DNA from: Erysipelotrichaceae bacterium
GTDB lineage: Bacteria; Bacillota_I; Bacilli_A; Erysipelotrichales; Erysipelotrichaceae
Assembly: GCA_963676105.1 (NCBI GenBank)
Contig: OY781039.1
Span: forward strand, 1,170,001-1,202,000
Direction of reading: 5' to 3'
Length of the DNA: 32,000 bases
This document shows positions 23,594 to 32,000 of this stretch, piece after piece. The notes beneath the pieces are model-generated. The model saw only the letters and a list, made by a program, of their open reading frames with translations. It searched no databases and had not been told where the DNA came from. Position 1 is the first letter of the stretch. Each line of letters opens with the position of its first letter. Position numbers and translations under genes: made by a program.

Positions 23594-26500
23594 ACGCTCT
23601 TCTCCTTCAGTTCTTTAAGAATACGTTTTAACTCTTCGAGAGCAGAATCAAAATCAAAGTTTGCAATCGAACTTTCAATGTGTTCAATATCGATACCTTT
23701 CGCCTTAAGAGTTTGTGCACACTCTTCAAAAACGTCAGAGGCATCCCCATCAAAATCATCTAATTTGTGTTCTAGTTTTTCTAGTTTATTGAAAAGATCA
23801 CCGTCATTTAAGACATCATCACTTTCTTTTATTACGACATTCTTTAAAAGTTCACTTATACTATCCATGTCTTTTTTAAGTGAAGCTTCAAGTTCTTTCA
23901 GTGATTCTGGTAATAACCCACTAACCACATCGTTGAAACTACTATCAATTTTGCGCGCGGTGCTTTCAGTACGTGCTGCGCCAATATTACCACTCACACT
24001 AACAAGGGTATGTATTTCACGTTTAGCTGTCTTTGCATCTTCCCGTATCATCTTAGTAACGTAATCCATAAAGTATTGATAATTACTACGATACGACTGT
24101 AAAAGTTGATAATACAATTTGTGATTTCCTGATAGTCTTGTGATTGCTTGTTTTACTTCAAAGTGTTTCAAGTAAGATTTAAAGTCAATTTCACTATAAC
24201 TACTTTCAACCATTGATTTTACCTTTAACTCTATATTAATCCATTTATTAAGCACCTCTACCATTGCCTTCACTATAATAGGTTTTGCGAGATAGTCATT
24301 CATGCCAACATCTTTAAATTTTTGAATCGATTCATCTAAAACATCAGCTGTTAAAGCCACAATAGGAACTTCAGTCTTACCACCCTCACGGATTTTCTTG
24401 GTCGCATCTAGACCAGACATTTTTGGCATATGAATATCCATAAAGATTAAGTTATATTCATTTTCTAAAGCTTTTTCAACCGCTTCAGCACCATCACTAG
24501 CTAGATCCACGATAAAGCCATAACTTTCCAACAACTCAGATCCTACTTGTTGATTAATCGCATTATCTTCAACCAGTAATATATGAGAACCGCTCAATTC
24601 TTCATTAACATCTTCTTTATTTAATCCACTACTTACACTACGTTTATATTCAATTCCATATACCGCAAGTAATGCATCAAAGAAACTCGATTGCGTTACT
24701 GGTTTTAATAGAATTTCATCAATGCCGATTTCTTTAGCTTGTTCAACAATAAACTCTTGATCATATGCGGTCATAATAATTGGATGTGGAGCATTTTCAC
24801 CTAAACTATGGTTTAACATCTTCCACACATCAATACCTGTCATGCCAGGCATCTTCCAATCTAAAATAACTAAATCATAAGTATCATCGATTTGTTCTAG
24901 TGCTTCTATACCACTTAAAGCATAATTAACTTTTATACCATAAGATTCACAATACATTTTTATAACGTCAATGCTTGTCATATTATCGTCAACCACAAAG
25001 GCTTTTAGTTGGCCTAAAGTATTAATAATACCTGCTTGTTCATTAACAGCTGACTCTTCTGAAGTTAACTCTAGTTCAAAGAAGAAAGTACTTCCTTCAC
25101 CTTTTTCACTTTCAACCCAAATTTGACCACCCATCTTTTCAACCAAATCACGACTAATTGATAAACCTAAACCTGTACCACCATATTTACGTGTAATTGA
25201 ATCATCACTCTGAGAAAAACGTTTAAACAAACGATCTCTTTCTTCTTCACTTAAGCCAATACCTGTATCTTTTACAGAGAAACGAATTTTAAATTGTTCT
25301 TCCTTTTTCTCAACAATCTTAGCTGTCACAACAACTTCACCTTTTTCAGTGAACTTAACCGCATTATTTGTAAGGTTAAGTAATATTTGTTCGATCCTTA
25401 ATGAATCGCCAAATAACATATCTGGGATTTTTGTGTCATGGCTAATAATTAATTCAACACCCTTATCTCCGGCTTTAGGACCTATTGCGGCTGCTATATT
25501 ATTCATGACATTACCTAAATTAAATGCTGCATTAACAATCTTCAATTTACCGGATTCCAGTTTAGAGAAATCTAAAATATCGTTAATAATTCCCAGTAAT
25601 GTATTAGATGAATGTAAGACCTTTTGATTATAGTCTTTTTGTTTAACGCTTAAGTCTGTTTTACCTAAAAGCTGTGATAAGCCAATAATCCCATTAATAG
25701 GTGTTCGTATTTCATGTGACATATTCGCAAAGAAACGAGAACGGTCCTCTAATGCATCGGCGGCTTTGACTTCCATTCTTTGCGCCGTATCAACTGCTTC
25801 AAATAAATCTTTATTTAATTTTTGAGTTCTAATAAAGAAAGCAATCAATGCGGCCATCAATAAAACAACTGATGATATTTCAAGACGATAATTATAAATT
25901 GTGTTTTGAATAGGTACTTCACCATAACTCGCATATGGTCCTGCATGTATATTTCTAAGCACAGTTGAAACACTTGAATAATTATGCGGACTTGTCCAAC
26001 CTAAATTATGCGCATCAATAGCCGCTTGATCAGTGACTTCCATATTTAATAAAGCAATCGCTACTTCATCAGCGAGTTCATCTGAAATATGATACATCTT
26101 CGCAAATGGCCATTCAGGATATAAATCTGTTGAAGAAAAATAGTTAAAATTATGAAACTGAATATTCACAACTCGAATATCAGACATATTGATTTCACCA
26201 TCAGCCGCAAGTCTTTCTAAAGTATCCGTTCTAACCGTCCCTGCATCAACATCACCATTCAAAACAGCTTGAACAACCGCGTTGTGTGTTCCCAAAAATT
26301 CAATTGTTTTAAAATCCGTATATGGATCAATATCTTCTTCAAGAATTGTATTGTAAGCTGCTTGCCAACCACCAAAGGACAGTTCATCAACAGCACCAAA
26401 CACAGATCCCCTTAAGTCTTCAATCTCTTTTATATCTGAATCACTACGTGTAAAAATAACACCACCAAAACTAGTCTCTGCTTCACCCATAATGTCGTTT

Positions 26501-26892
26501 TCCATGGTCGCAATCGCAGAAACTAAATAATAATATTCAAGCTCAACATACATCCCAGAGTTAACAACCACAAAGTCTACATTTTGACGTTCAACTTCAC
26601 GGTAAAAGTTTTCAAATTTTATTGGGACAATTCTAAAATAATAACCATCTATTTCTTGATTTAAGTAATACGCAGTCGCATTCCAGTGATCTAGTATTGT
26701 TTGAGAATCCTCTTTCGCAAGCACACCAATAAAAACAACTTCAGGATCATTGACTTCAATACTCTCATCAAAGATTGGTTGTGCTGTTGTATCAATAGGT
26801 TCTATCGTAAAGATACCAAAAAGGGTCATACCAAAAATCAGTACAATGACCCCATAAATACGATAGGTTTTGATTAGATGTAGTATTCTCAT
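23590..26892 (-). CDS. Hybrid sensor histidine kinase: extracytoplasmic PhnD-like solute-binding domain, TM, HisKA, HATPase, REC, REC, HPt
   Basis: H-box FFANMSHEIRTPING; G-boxes DTGIGL and GGTGLGL. Two receivers (VVDDN...ILDWKMPGMTG; LVEDN...IFMDIHMPKMSG). C-terminal HPt (EIHTLVSVSGNIGA). The N-terminal ~300 aa between two TM segments resembles phosphonate-type PBP domains. The preferred start is the ATG at 26892 (GGGGA with 7-nt spacing). The ORF-track start is 26898. Confidence 0.9.
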   Translation of the reverse strand: MRILHLIKTYRIYGVIVLIFGMTLFGIFTIEPIDTTAQPIFDESIEVNDPEVVFIGVLAKEDSQTILDHWNATAYYLNQEIDGYYFRIVPIKFENFYREVERQNVDFVVVNSGMYVELEYYYLVSAIATMENDIMGEAETSFGGVIFTRSDSDIKEIEDLRGSVFGAVDELSFGGWQAAYNTILEEDIDPYTDFKTIEFLGTHNAVVQAVLNGDVDAGTVRTDTLERLAADGEINMSDIRVVNIQFHNFNYFSSTDLYPEWPFAKMYHISDELADEVAIALLNMEVTDQAAIDAHNLGWTSPHNYSSVSTVLRNIHAGPYASYGEVPIQNTIYNYRLEISSVVLLMAALIAFFIRTQKLNKDLFEAVDTAQRMEVKAADALEDRSRFFANMSHEIRTPINGIIGLSQLLGKTDLSVKQKDYNQKVLHSSNTLLGIINDILDFSKLESGKLKIVNAAFNLGNVMNNIAAAIGPKAGDKGVELIISHDTKIPDMLFGDSLRIEQILLNLTNNAVKFTEKGEVVVTAKIVEKKEEQFKIRFSVKDTGIGLSEEERDRLFKRFSQSDDSITRKYGGTGLGLSISRDLVEKMGGQIWVESEKGEGSTFFFELELTSEESAVNEQAGIINTLGQLKAFVVDDNMTSIDVIKMYCESYGIKVNYALSGIEALEQIDDTYDLVILDWKMPGMTGIDVWKMLNHSLGENAPHPIIMTAYDQEFIVEQAKEIGIDEILLKPVTQSSFFDALLAVYGIEYKRSVSSGLNKEDVNEELSGSHILLVEDNAINQQVGSELLESYGFIVDLASDGAEAVEKALENEYNLIFMDIHMPKMSGLDATKKIREGGKTEVPIVALTADVLDESIQKFKDVGMNDYLAKPIIVKAMVEVLNKWINIELKVKSMVESSYSEIDFKSYLKHFEVKQAITRLSGNHKLYYQLLQSYRSNYQYFMDYVTKMIREDAKTAKREIHTLVSVSGNIGAARTESTARKIDSSFNDVVSGLLPESLKELEASLKKDMDSISELLKNVVIKESDDVLNDGDLFNKLEKLEHKLDDFDGDASDVFEECAQTLKAKGIDIEHIESSIANFDFDSALEELKRILKELKEKSV

Positions 26893-27056
26893 TAGCATTC
26901 CCCAAAAACAGTAATTATGGCAATAAAAACTGTTTATTTATATATATTATACATCTATAAGTATTTATTTTTGCACACTCCACAGTAAAGATACCTTTAT
27001 TACGACGATATAATAACTTTATTTATATGTATTAAGTTATTTAATAAAAAGTTGTT

Positions 27057-27082
27057 AAAAAAAAGAAGAGTTAGAACTCTTC
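27057..27082 (-). terminator. Rho-independent terminator after amt
   Basis: GAAGAGT-TAGA-ACTCTTC, followed on the minus strand by a run of 8 T (complement of 27057..27064). Confidence 0.7.
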
Positions 27083-27097
27083 TTCATAAAATCGACA

Positions 27098-28309
27098 TTA
27101 TATTAAATATGCATTTTCACCATGTAACGCATCATCTAAGCCTAATTCTTGATCATCCTTTGATACGCGAACTGGACTAATCTTGTCGATAGCCCATAAC
27201 ATAGCATAACTAATCATAAATGCATAAACTGAAGTTATAATTACCGCCGAAAGTTCAGTAATGAAGAATGAAGCATTCCCATAGAATAAACCATTAACTC
27301 CATTTGGATTAGCAGTAGTTGTCGCAAACAACCCAAGTAATAGCACACCCGTAATACCACCAACACCATGAACCCCCCAAACATCAAGCGCATCATCCCA
27401 TTCTAATTTGTTCGCAAGAGATACAGCATAGAAACAAGCTAAACCAGCTACAACCCCAATAATCATAGCCGCAACCGGTGTAACATAACCTGCAGCAGGA
27501 GTAATCGTTGCTAAACCAGCTACAGATCCTGTTAATAAACCAACAAACTTAGGTTTACCTACTTTTTTCCACTCAATTAACAACCAAGTTATTGATGCGA
27601 AAGCTGCAGAGATATGTGTATTGATAAAAGCTAAAGCTGTACTACTATCAATGCGCAGTTCAGATCCAGCATTAAATCCATACCAACCAAACCAAAGTAA
27701 CGATGTCCCTATTGCGAGTAATGGTAGACTGTGTGGCAAATGATTTTTAACATGTCTCTTGCCAACAAAGAACACTGACGCAAGAGCAGCCATACCTGCT
27801 GTTGCATGAACAACAATGCCACCTGCGAAATCAAGTACTCCCCATTGTGCGAATAAACCGCCACCCCATACCATATGTGTAAATGGGAAATACACTAAGA
27901 ATAACCACAAAACCAAGAATATTAAATAAGCTTTAAAATGTACGCGTTCTGCAAATGCTCCTGTAATAAGTGCAGGTGTTATAACCGCAAACATCATTTG
28001 ATATGCAACAAACACAATTGTAGGAATATTTATTTCTGGAGATAAAGCTTCCATAAAACTAATACCATTTAAAAACGCATGGTCTAGATTTCCAATTATC
28101 CCAAAGAAATCCCCACTAAAACATAAAGAGTAACCCACACTTACCCAAATAATCGTTGTTACCCCTAATGAAACAAAACTTTGCATCATAATTGTTAAAA
28201 CACTTCGACGTCCAACTAACCCTCCATAGAAAAACGCCAAACCAGGGGTCATCAGCATAACTAAACTTGTCGCCAACATCATAAACCCAGTACTACCAGT
28301 ATCAAACAT
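27098..28309 (-). CDS. amt: Ammonium transporter (Amt family)
   Basis: 403 aa, about 11 TM segments. Amt signatures are present: DFAGGIVVH, the twin-His region (HATAG ... WGVHGVGG) and LLWFGWYGFNAGS. SD AAAGGAG. Confidence 0.9.
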   Translation of the reverse strand: MFDTGSTGFMMLATSLVMLMTPGLAFFYGGLVGRRSVLTIMMQSFVSLGVTTIIWVSVGYSLCFSGDFFGIIGNLDHAFLNGISFMEALSPEINIPTIVFVAYQMMFAVITPALITGAFAERVHFKAYLIFLVLWLFLVYFPFTHMVWGGGLFAQWGVLDFAGGIVVHATAGMAALASVFFVGKRHVKNHLPHSLPLLAIGTSLLWFGWYGFNAGSELRIDSSTALAFINTHISAAFASITWLLIEWKKVGKPKFVGLLTGSVAGLATITPAAGYVTPVAAMIIGVVAGLACFYAVSLANKLEWDDALDVWGVHGVGGITGVLLLGLFATTTANPNGVNGLFYGNASFFITELSAVIITSVYAFMISYAMLWAIDKISPVRVSKDDQELGLDDALHGENAYLI

Positions 28310-28528
28310 CTTAATCTCCTTTACCTATAAATTTGAAAATAGTCAAATAAATAGAAATATATTTACAATATTTCCATATATTTTTCATATATTATCATAT
28401 TTTTAAAATATATTAAAATTATTTATGATTTTTTTCACATTTATATGAAAAAGATATTTTTTAGATATTAAAATACTTTAAATAGTTGATAGTTTTTACC
28501 ATTAATTCAGTATTTTAACAAGAGAATA

Positions 28529-28557
28529 TAAAAAAAAAGAGATCTTTCGATCTCTTT
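28529..28557 (-). terminator. Rho-independent terminator after tRNA-Glu
   Basis: AAGAGATC-TTTC-GATCTCTT, followed on the minus strand by a run of about 9 T. Confidence 0.7.
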
Positions 28558-28569
28558 ACCGTTTACACA

Positions 28570-28645
28570 TGGTGACCCGTACGGGATTCGAACCCGTGAA
28601 TGCTTGCGTGAAAGGCAAGTGAGTTAACCGTTTCTCCAACGGGCC
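28570..28645 (-). tRNA. tRNA-Glu (anticodon TTC), CCA encoded
   Basis: Reverse complement GGCCCGT..CTTGC-CTTTCAC-GCAAG..CACGGGTTCGAATCCCGT-ACGGGTC-ACCA. 76 nt, closely resembling Bacillus-type tRNA-Glu. Confidence 0.9.
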
Positions 28646-28646
28646 A

Positions 28647-28722
28647 TGGCGCCTAAAGTAGGACTCGAACCTACGACCGAACGGTTAACAGCCGTTTGCT
28701 CTACCAACTGAGCTATTTAGGC
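28647..28722 (-). tRNA. tRNA-Asn (anticodon GTT), CCA encoded
   Basis: Reverse complement GCCTAAA-TA-GCTCAGTTGGTAGAGC-A-AACGG-CTGTTAA-CCGTT..GTAGGTTCGAGTCCTAC-TTTAGGC-GCCA. 76 nt. One nt separates it from tRNA-Glu. Confidence 0.9.
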
Positions 28723-28734
28723 AAGTGCTTATAA

Positions 28735-28763
28735 AATATAACATAAGTAATAATACATTTCAA
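28735..28763 (-). promoter_or_regulatory. Sigma-A-type promoter for the tRNA-Asn/Glu pair
   Basis: Minus strand: TTGAAA (28758..28763), a 17-nt spacer, TGT-TATATT (hexamer 28735..28740). It lies 12 nt upstream of tRNA-Asn. Confidence 0.55.
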
Positions 28764-28782
28764 GCACAAGATTAATTAAATT

Positions 28783-30168
28783 TTAAAGCTCTACAATGAC
28801 GCTTTCTTCATGGGTATGTGTGAGGTTTTGTAGCCACTTACCTTTACCCAAATAATAGTAAGCTACAAAGACTTTTAAGAGGTCTGTCGCATTACCAACT
28901 AGAAACATTCCTATGACATCTAAATTCGTAAAATAAGCCGTAAAAGCGACCGCAGGGATGTTAACGCACCACATAAACACACTATCCATTAACATCGTGG
29001 ATCGTGTATCACCACCTGCTCTTAATATAAAGAAAGCTTGTGCTGACAACATATAGATCCAAAACATTAAAGCCTGAATACGAGAATAGTTAATGGCTGT
29101 TTGTCTGGAGTAATCAGACACTTCATATAACTGTGGAATAAACATCGTCGCAAGAAACAATAGAACACCTGAAGCGATTGCCATCATCGATGATAAACGC
29201 ACTAATTTATAGGCATTATCCTTAGCTTCATCTAATTTGTTTGCACCCAATGGTGTTGAAATCAACACCGTTGTCGCAACAGCCATACCACTAAACAAAG
29301 TGAAGAATAAATCTCCCATTGAACTTGAGATACTCATTCCCGCCATAACTTCTTTACCGCGGGTTGCGTAAAACATGAATAATGCTGACATGCCTGAAGA
29401 CCAAAGAATTTCATTAGCGGTTAATGGAATGGCTTTGATTATCATCGCTTTCGCCAACTTAGCATTTATGTGAAATAGATTTCTAAGTTTAGTATTAAAC
29501 ACAAAAGGTCTAACTTTAAGAATAATAAGCAACAACATAGCTTCTACGAAACGTGCAATTAAAGTACCATAAGCTGCACCTACAACTCCCATTGGTTCAA
29601 ACCCTAAATGTCCAAAGATAAAGATATAGTTAAAAACCGCATTGGTTAAAATCGCAACAGTTGATGCATACATCGGAATTTTCGTTTCACCAAGTGCACG
29701 CATCCCATTTCCTGTCGGCAAAGCCAATGCAATAAATGCATAGGATAATACAACAGTTCTAAGATAGGTTGATCCTTGTTGAATAACATCCAATTCGTTG
29801 GTAAAGATACCTAATATTTGCTCAGGAAAGAAAAGTCCAACCAAAACAAATGGCATTACAATTGTATAAGCACTTACAATTGAAAAACGAAATGATTGCT
29901 TAACATGCTCCGTATCTTTAGCTCCATAATATTGAGCCATAAACGTGTTAGCTGCACCCTCAATACCAAAGATGGCAAAGGTAGCTATCATATAATATCG
30001 ATTAGCTGCCGCAACACCCGCAATTGCCGCATCTCCTAATTGACCAACCATCAGGTTATCCACTAAGTTAACGGATGCCGTAATCAGTTGTTGAAACATT
30101 AAAGGTAAAGCAATAATTAATGCCCGTTTATAAAATGATTTGTTTTGTACCCAATTAATGAGCCCCAT
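28783..30168 (-). CDS. MATE-family efflux transporter
   Basis: 461 aa, 12 TM segments. The N-terminal ALPLMFQQLITASVNLVDNLMVGQLG is typical of MATE (NorM/DinF type). Confidence 0.9.
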   Translation of the reverse strand: MGLINWVQNKSFYKRALIIALPLMFQQLITASVNLVDNLMVGQLGDAAIAGVAAANRYYMIATFAIFGIEGAANTFMAQYYGAKDTEHVKQSFRFSIVSAYTIVMPFVLVGLFFPEQILGIFTNELDVIQQGSTYLRTVVLSYAFIALALPTGNGMRALGETKIPMYASTVAILTNAVFNYIFIFGHLGFEPMGVVGAAYGTLIARFVEAMLLLIILKVRPFVFNTKLRNLFHINAKLAKAMIIKAIPLTANEILWSSGMSALFMFYATRGKEVMAGMSISSSMGDLFFTLFSGMAVATTVLISTPLGANKLDEAKDNAYKLVRLSSMMAIASGVLLFLATMFIPQLYEVSDYSRQTAINYSRIQALMFWIYMLSAQAFFILRAGGDTRSTMLMDSVFMWCVNIPAVAFTAYFTNLDVIGMFLVGNATDLLKVFVAYYYLGKGKWLQNLTHTHEESVIVEL

Positions 30169-30185
30169 AAAATACCCCTACTTAT

Positions 30186-30214
30186 AAAATAAAGAAAAGC
30201 CACTTTCGTGGCTT
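30186..30214 (-). terminator. Rho-independent terminator after tRNA-Ala
   Basis: AAGCCAC-TTTC-GTGGCTT, followed on the minus strand by TTTTCTTTATTTT. Confidence 0.65.
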
Positions 30215-30226
30215 GATCTTTAACGA

Positions 30227-30302
30227 TGGTGGAGCTTAGCGGGATCGAACCGCTGACCCCCTGCTTGCAAAGCAGGTGCTCTCCCAGCTGAGCTAAAACC
30301 CC
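30227..30302 (-). tRNA. tRNA-Ala (anticodon TGC), CCA encoded
   Basis: Reverse complement GGGGTTT-TA-GCTCAGCTGGGAGAGC..CTGC-TTTGCAA-GCAG..AGCGGTTCGATCCCGCT-AAGCTCC-ACCA. The G3:U70 identity pair is present. 76 nt. Confidence 0.9.
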
Positions 30303-30303
30303 A

Positions 30304-30380
<77 letters not shown>

Positions 30381-30405
30381 AAGGAAAAACCATCGATGCT
30401 TATCT

Positions 30406-30434
30406 AATATATCAAAGCACACCCCCAGTGTCAA
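30406..30434 (-). promoter_or_regulatory. Near-consensus sigma-A promoter for tRNA-Ile/Ala
   Basis: Minus strand: TTGACA (30429..30434), a 17-nt spacer, TGA-TATATT (extended -10; hexamer 30406..30411). Confidence 0.65.
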
Positions 30435-30453
30435 GCAAGAATAGGCACTTTTT

Positions 30454-30981
30454 TCAGCTAATTAAATTTTTCAAAATATCTAAACCAAATTCCCATTCTC
30501 CTAAATTTGAATCTGCATTAATATGTCCCTGTTTCCCTACATTTATAAATTCAGAATTCCATGCTTTTGCAAACATCATTGAGCGCTCAATTTTCATATA
30601 GGGATCATTTTCGCTCGCCACAACAATTGTTTTAAATGGAAGCTTAATTAGTGGCATTGGCGCAAAATTTCGTACTACATTTGGTGTATGCTCTTTTAAA
30701 TCAACATCTGCTGGTGCCACTAATAAAGCACCAATAATTTTCGTGTTATAGAAATTATTAGCCCAATTTAAAACAAGTGCGCAACCTAAACTATGGGCAA
30801 CCAATATCATTTCTTCGTTGCTATTGTCTATCACATTATTCAAAACTTCCAACCAATCATTTAATTGAGGTTCATCCCAATTAGATTGTTCTAGTCTAAT
30901 ACAATCTAATTTATTCTCCCAATGACTTTGCCAGTGGTTTTCATTTGATCCATTTAATCCAGGAATAATAATATATTTCAT
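30454..30981 (-). CDS. YdeN/RBBP9-type alpha/beta serine hydrolase
   Basis: 175 aa. N-terminal IIIPGLNGSNENHWQSHWE and the nucleophile elbow VAHSLGC, typical of the Ser_hydrolase (YdeN) family. SD AGGAG. Confidence 0.8.
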   Translation of the reverse strand: MKYIIIPGLNGSNENHWQSHWENKLDCIRLEQSNWDEPQLNDWLEVLNNVIDNSNEEMILVAHSLGCALVLNWANNFYNTKIIGALLVAPADVDLKEHTPNVVRNFAPMPLIKLPFKTIVVASENDPYMKIERSMMFAKAWNSEFINVGKQGHINADSNLGEWEFGLDILKNLIS

Positions 30982-31050
30982 AATTAACTCCTAAAAATAT
31001 AAAACCATTCTAACAACATTTTATCTATTGCATTAAGATGACTATCTATA

Positions 31051-31080
31051 AAACAAAAAAACTCCCAATAAATTGAGAGT
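31051..31080 (-). terminator. Rho-independent terminator after rpsI
   Basis: ACTCCCAA-TAAA-TTGAGAGT. The mismatch becomes a G-U pair only in the minus-strand RNA. It is followed on the minus strand by a run of T. Confidence 0.65.
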
Positions 31081-31103
31081 TTTGAATGAATTTCCAATAA
31101 CGA

Positions 31104-31517
31104 TTAACGTTTTGAGAATTGTGGAGCTCTACGAGCACCTTTAAGACCGTATTTCTTACGTTCTTTAGCACGTGGGTCACGTGTTAAGAAGCCAGCTGCT
31201 TTAAGCGCAGGACGATAGTCTGCTGACGCTTCAAGTAATGCTCTTGAAATACCATGACGCATAGCACCAGATTGTCCAGTGTAGCCGCCACCTTTAACAT
31301 TGATCTTAACATCAAAGCTTGCAAGCGTTTCTGTTAATTCAAGTGGTGAACGAACAACCATACGTAATGTTTCTAATGGTAGATACTCATCTAATGTTTT
31401 GTCATTAACTGAGATAATACCTGTTCCAGGTGTTAAGTAAACACGTGCAACAGATGATTTACGACGACCAGTACCTAAATAGGTAACAGTTGCTTTTTTC
31501 TTTTTACTAGCTGCCAT
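31104..31517 (-). CDS. rpsI: 30S ribosomal protein S9
   Basis: 137 aa. [31 protein letters not shown], and the C-terminus [22 protein letters not shown] is diagnostic. SD AGGAGG. Confidence 0.97.
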   Translation of the reverse strand: MAASKKKKATVTYLGTGRRKSSVARVYLTPGTGIISVNDKTLDEYLPLETLRMVVRSPLELTETLASFDVKINVKGGGYTGQSGAMRHGISRALLEASADYRPALKAAGFLTRDPRAKERKKYGLKGARRAPQFSKR

Positions 31518-31525
31518 GTTTCCTC

Positions 31526-31963
31526 CTAACCTTTAATTGTAAGTTCCACAGGCTTTTGTGCTGCATGTGGATGCTCACTTCCTTTGTAAACAAATAAATG
31601 TTTACGTTGTTTGTCACCTAATTTTGTGTGAGGTAACATCCCATGAATAGCTTTTTCAACCCATTCAATAGTGTACTTTTCACGCATTGTTCTGGTGTCA
31701 CGTACTCGTAAACCACCATTCCATTGTGAGTGACTGTAATAAAATTTCTTTTCTTTTTGATCACCTGTGACAACAATCTTGTCAGCATTGATCACGATAA
31801 CGAAATCGCCTGTGTCCACGTTAGGTGTGTATGTCGGACGATGCTTCCCACGCAATACGGTAGCAACTTCTGACGCTAATCGACCTAATGTTAAACCAGC
31901 TCCGTCAACAACATACCATTGACGTACGACTTCAGCAGGTTTTGCCATAGTTGTTTGGCGCAT
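31526..31963 (-). CDS. rplM: 50S ribosomal protein L13
   Basis: 145 aa. [32 protein letters not shown] and the conserved rplM-rpsI gene order. SD AGGAGG. Confidence 0.97.
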   Translation of the reverse strand: MRQTTMAKPAEVVRQWYVVDGAGLTLGRLASEVATVLRGKHRPTYTPNVDTGDFVIVINADKIVVTGDQKEKKFYYSHSQWNGGLRVRDTRTMREKYTIEWVEKAIHGMLPHTKLGDKQRKHLFVYKGSEHPHAAQKPVELTIKG

Positions 31964-32000
31964 AATTGATAAATCCTCCTATAACCAATTGTAGTTTCCG

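Noticed and set aside
22784-25627. Plus-strand ORFs 22784..23011, 23678..24064 and 25349..25627
   Set aside because: They run antisense within the HD-GYP regulator and hybrid kinase genes. No independent support.
26906-26935. Inverted repeat AAACAGT-N16-ACTGTTT in the 5' UTR of the hybrid kinase, next to its SD
   Set aside because: The stem is a weak 7-bp AT-rich one with a large loop and matches no known riboregulator. I recorded it but consider it too weak to call.
28310-28528. AT-rich short repeats upstream of amt, considered as a CRISPR-like or tandem-repeat array
   Set aside because: The units are only 5-7 nt with irregular content. No repeat-spacer periodicity and no cas genes are present. 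I treat them as possible regulatory phasing or compositional noise.

Overview
Chromosomal segment from a low-GC bacterium using the standard genetic code. It looks Bacillota- or Acholeplasma-like: GGAGG-type ribosome-binding sites (SDs), lipoprotein lipoboxes, and CCA encoded in all six tRNAs. All but three protein genes are on the minus strand. From right to left: rplM-rpsI; a YdeN-type hydrolase; tRNA-Ile/Ala; a MATE exporter; tRNA-Asn/Glu; amt; a hybrid histidine kinase plus REC-HD-GYP regulator; GNAT and DUF2892 genes (plus strand); tRNA-Lys; a livKHMGF operon ending in a CBS-ACT gene; and a long operon that embeds a BCDFA-ordered peptide ABC importer among three M20 amidohydrolases and a cytidylate-kinase-like gene. 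This is followed by a TrxR-like flavoprotein, a META-domain protein and tRNA-Leu(TAG). The left 4.4 kb is visibly more AT-rich and looks accessory. A 25-nt direct repeat of the tRNA-Leu 3' end brackets a 1.7-kb integrase-less islet carrying only an AbiEi/AbiEii module. Beyond it lies an HTH+TPR (NprR/PlcR/Rgg-like) regulator. It is divergent from an unannotated 21-codon sORF with a strong SD, and that sORF heads a small operon encoding a secreted DUF2599-like protein and a 2-TM protein. No rRNA, CRISPR array, transposase or integrase is visible. All family calls come from motif recognition by eye and no searches were run.
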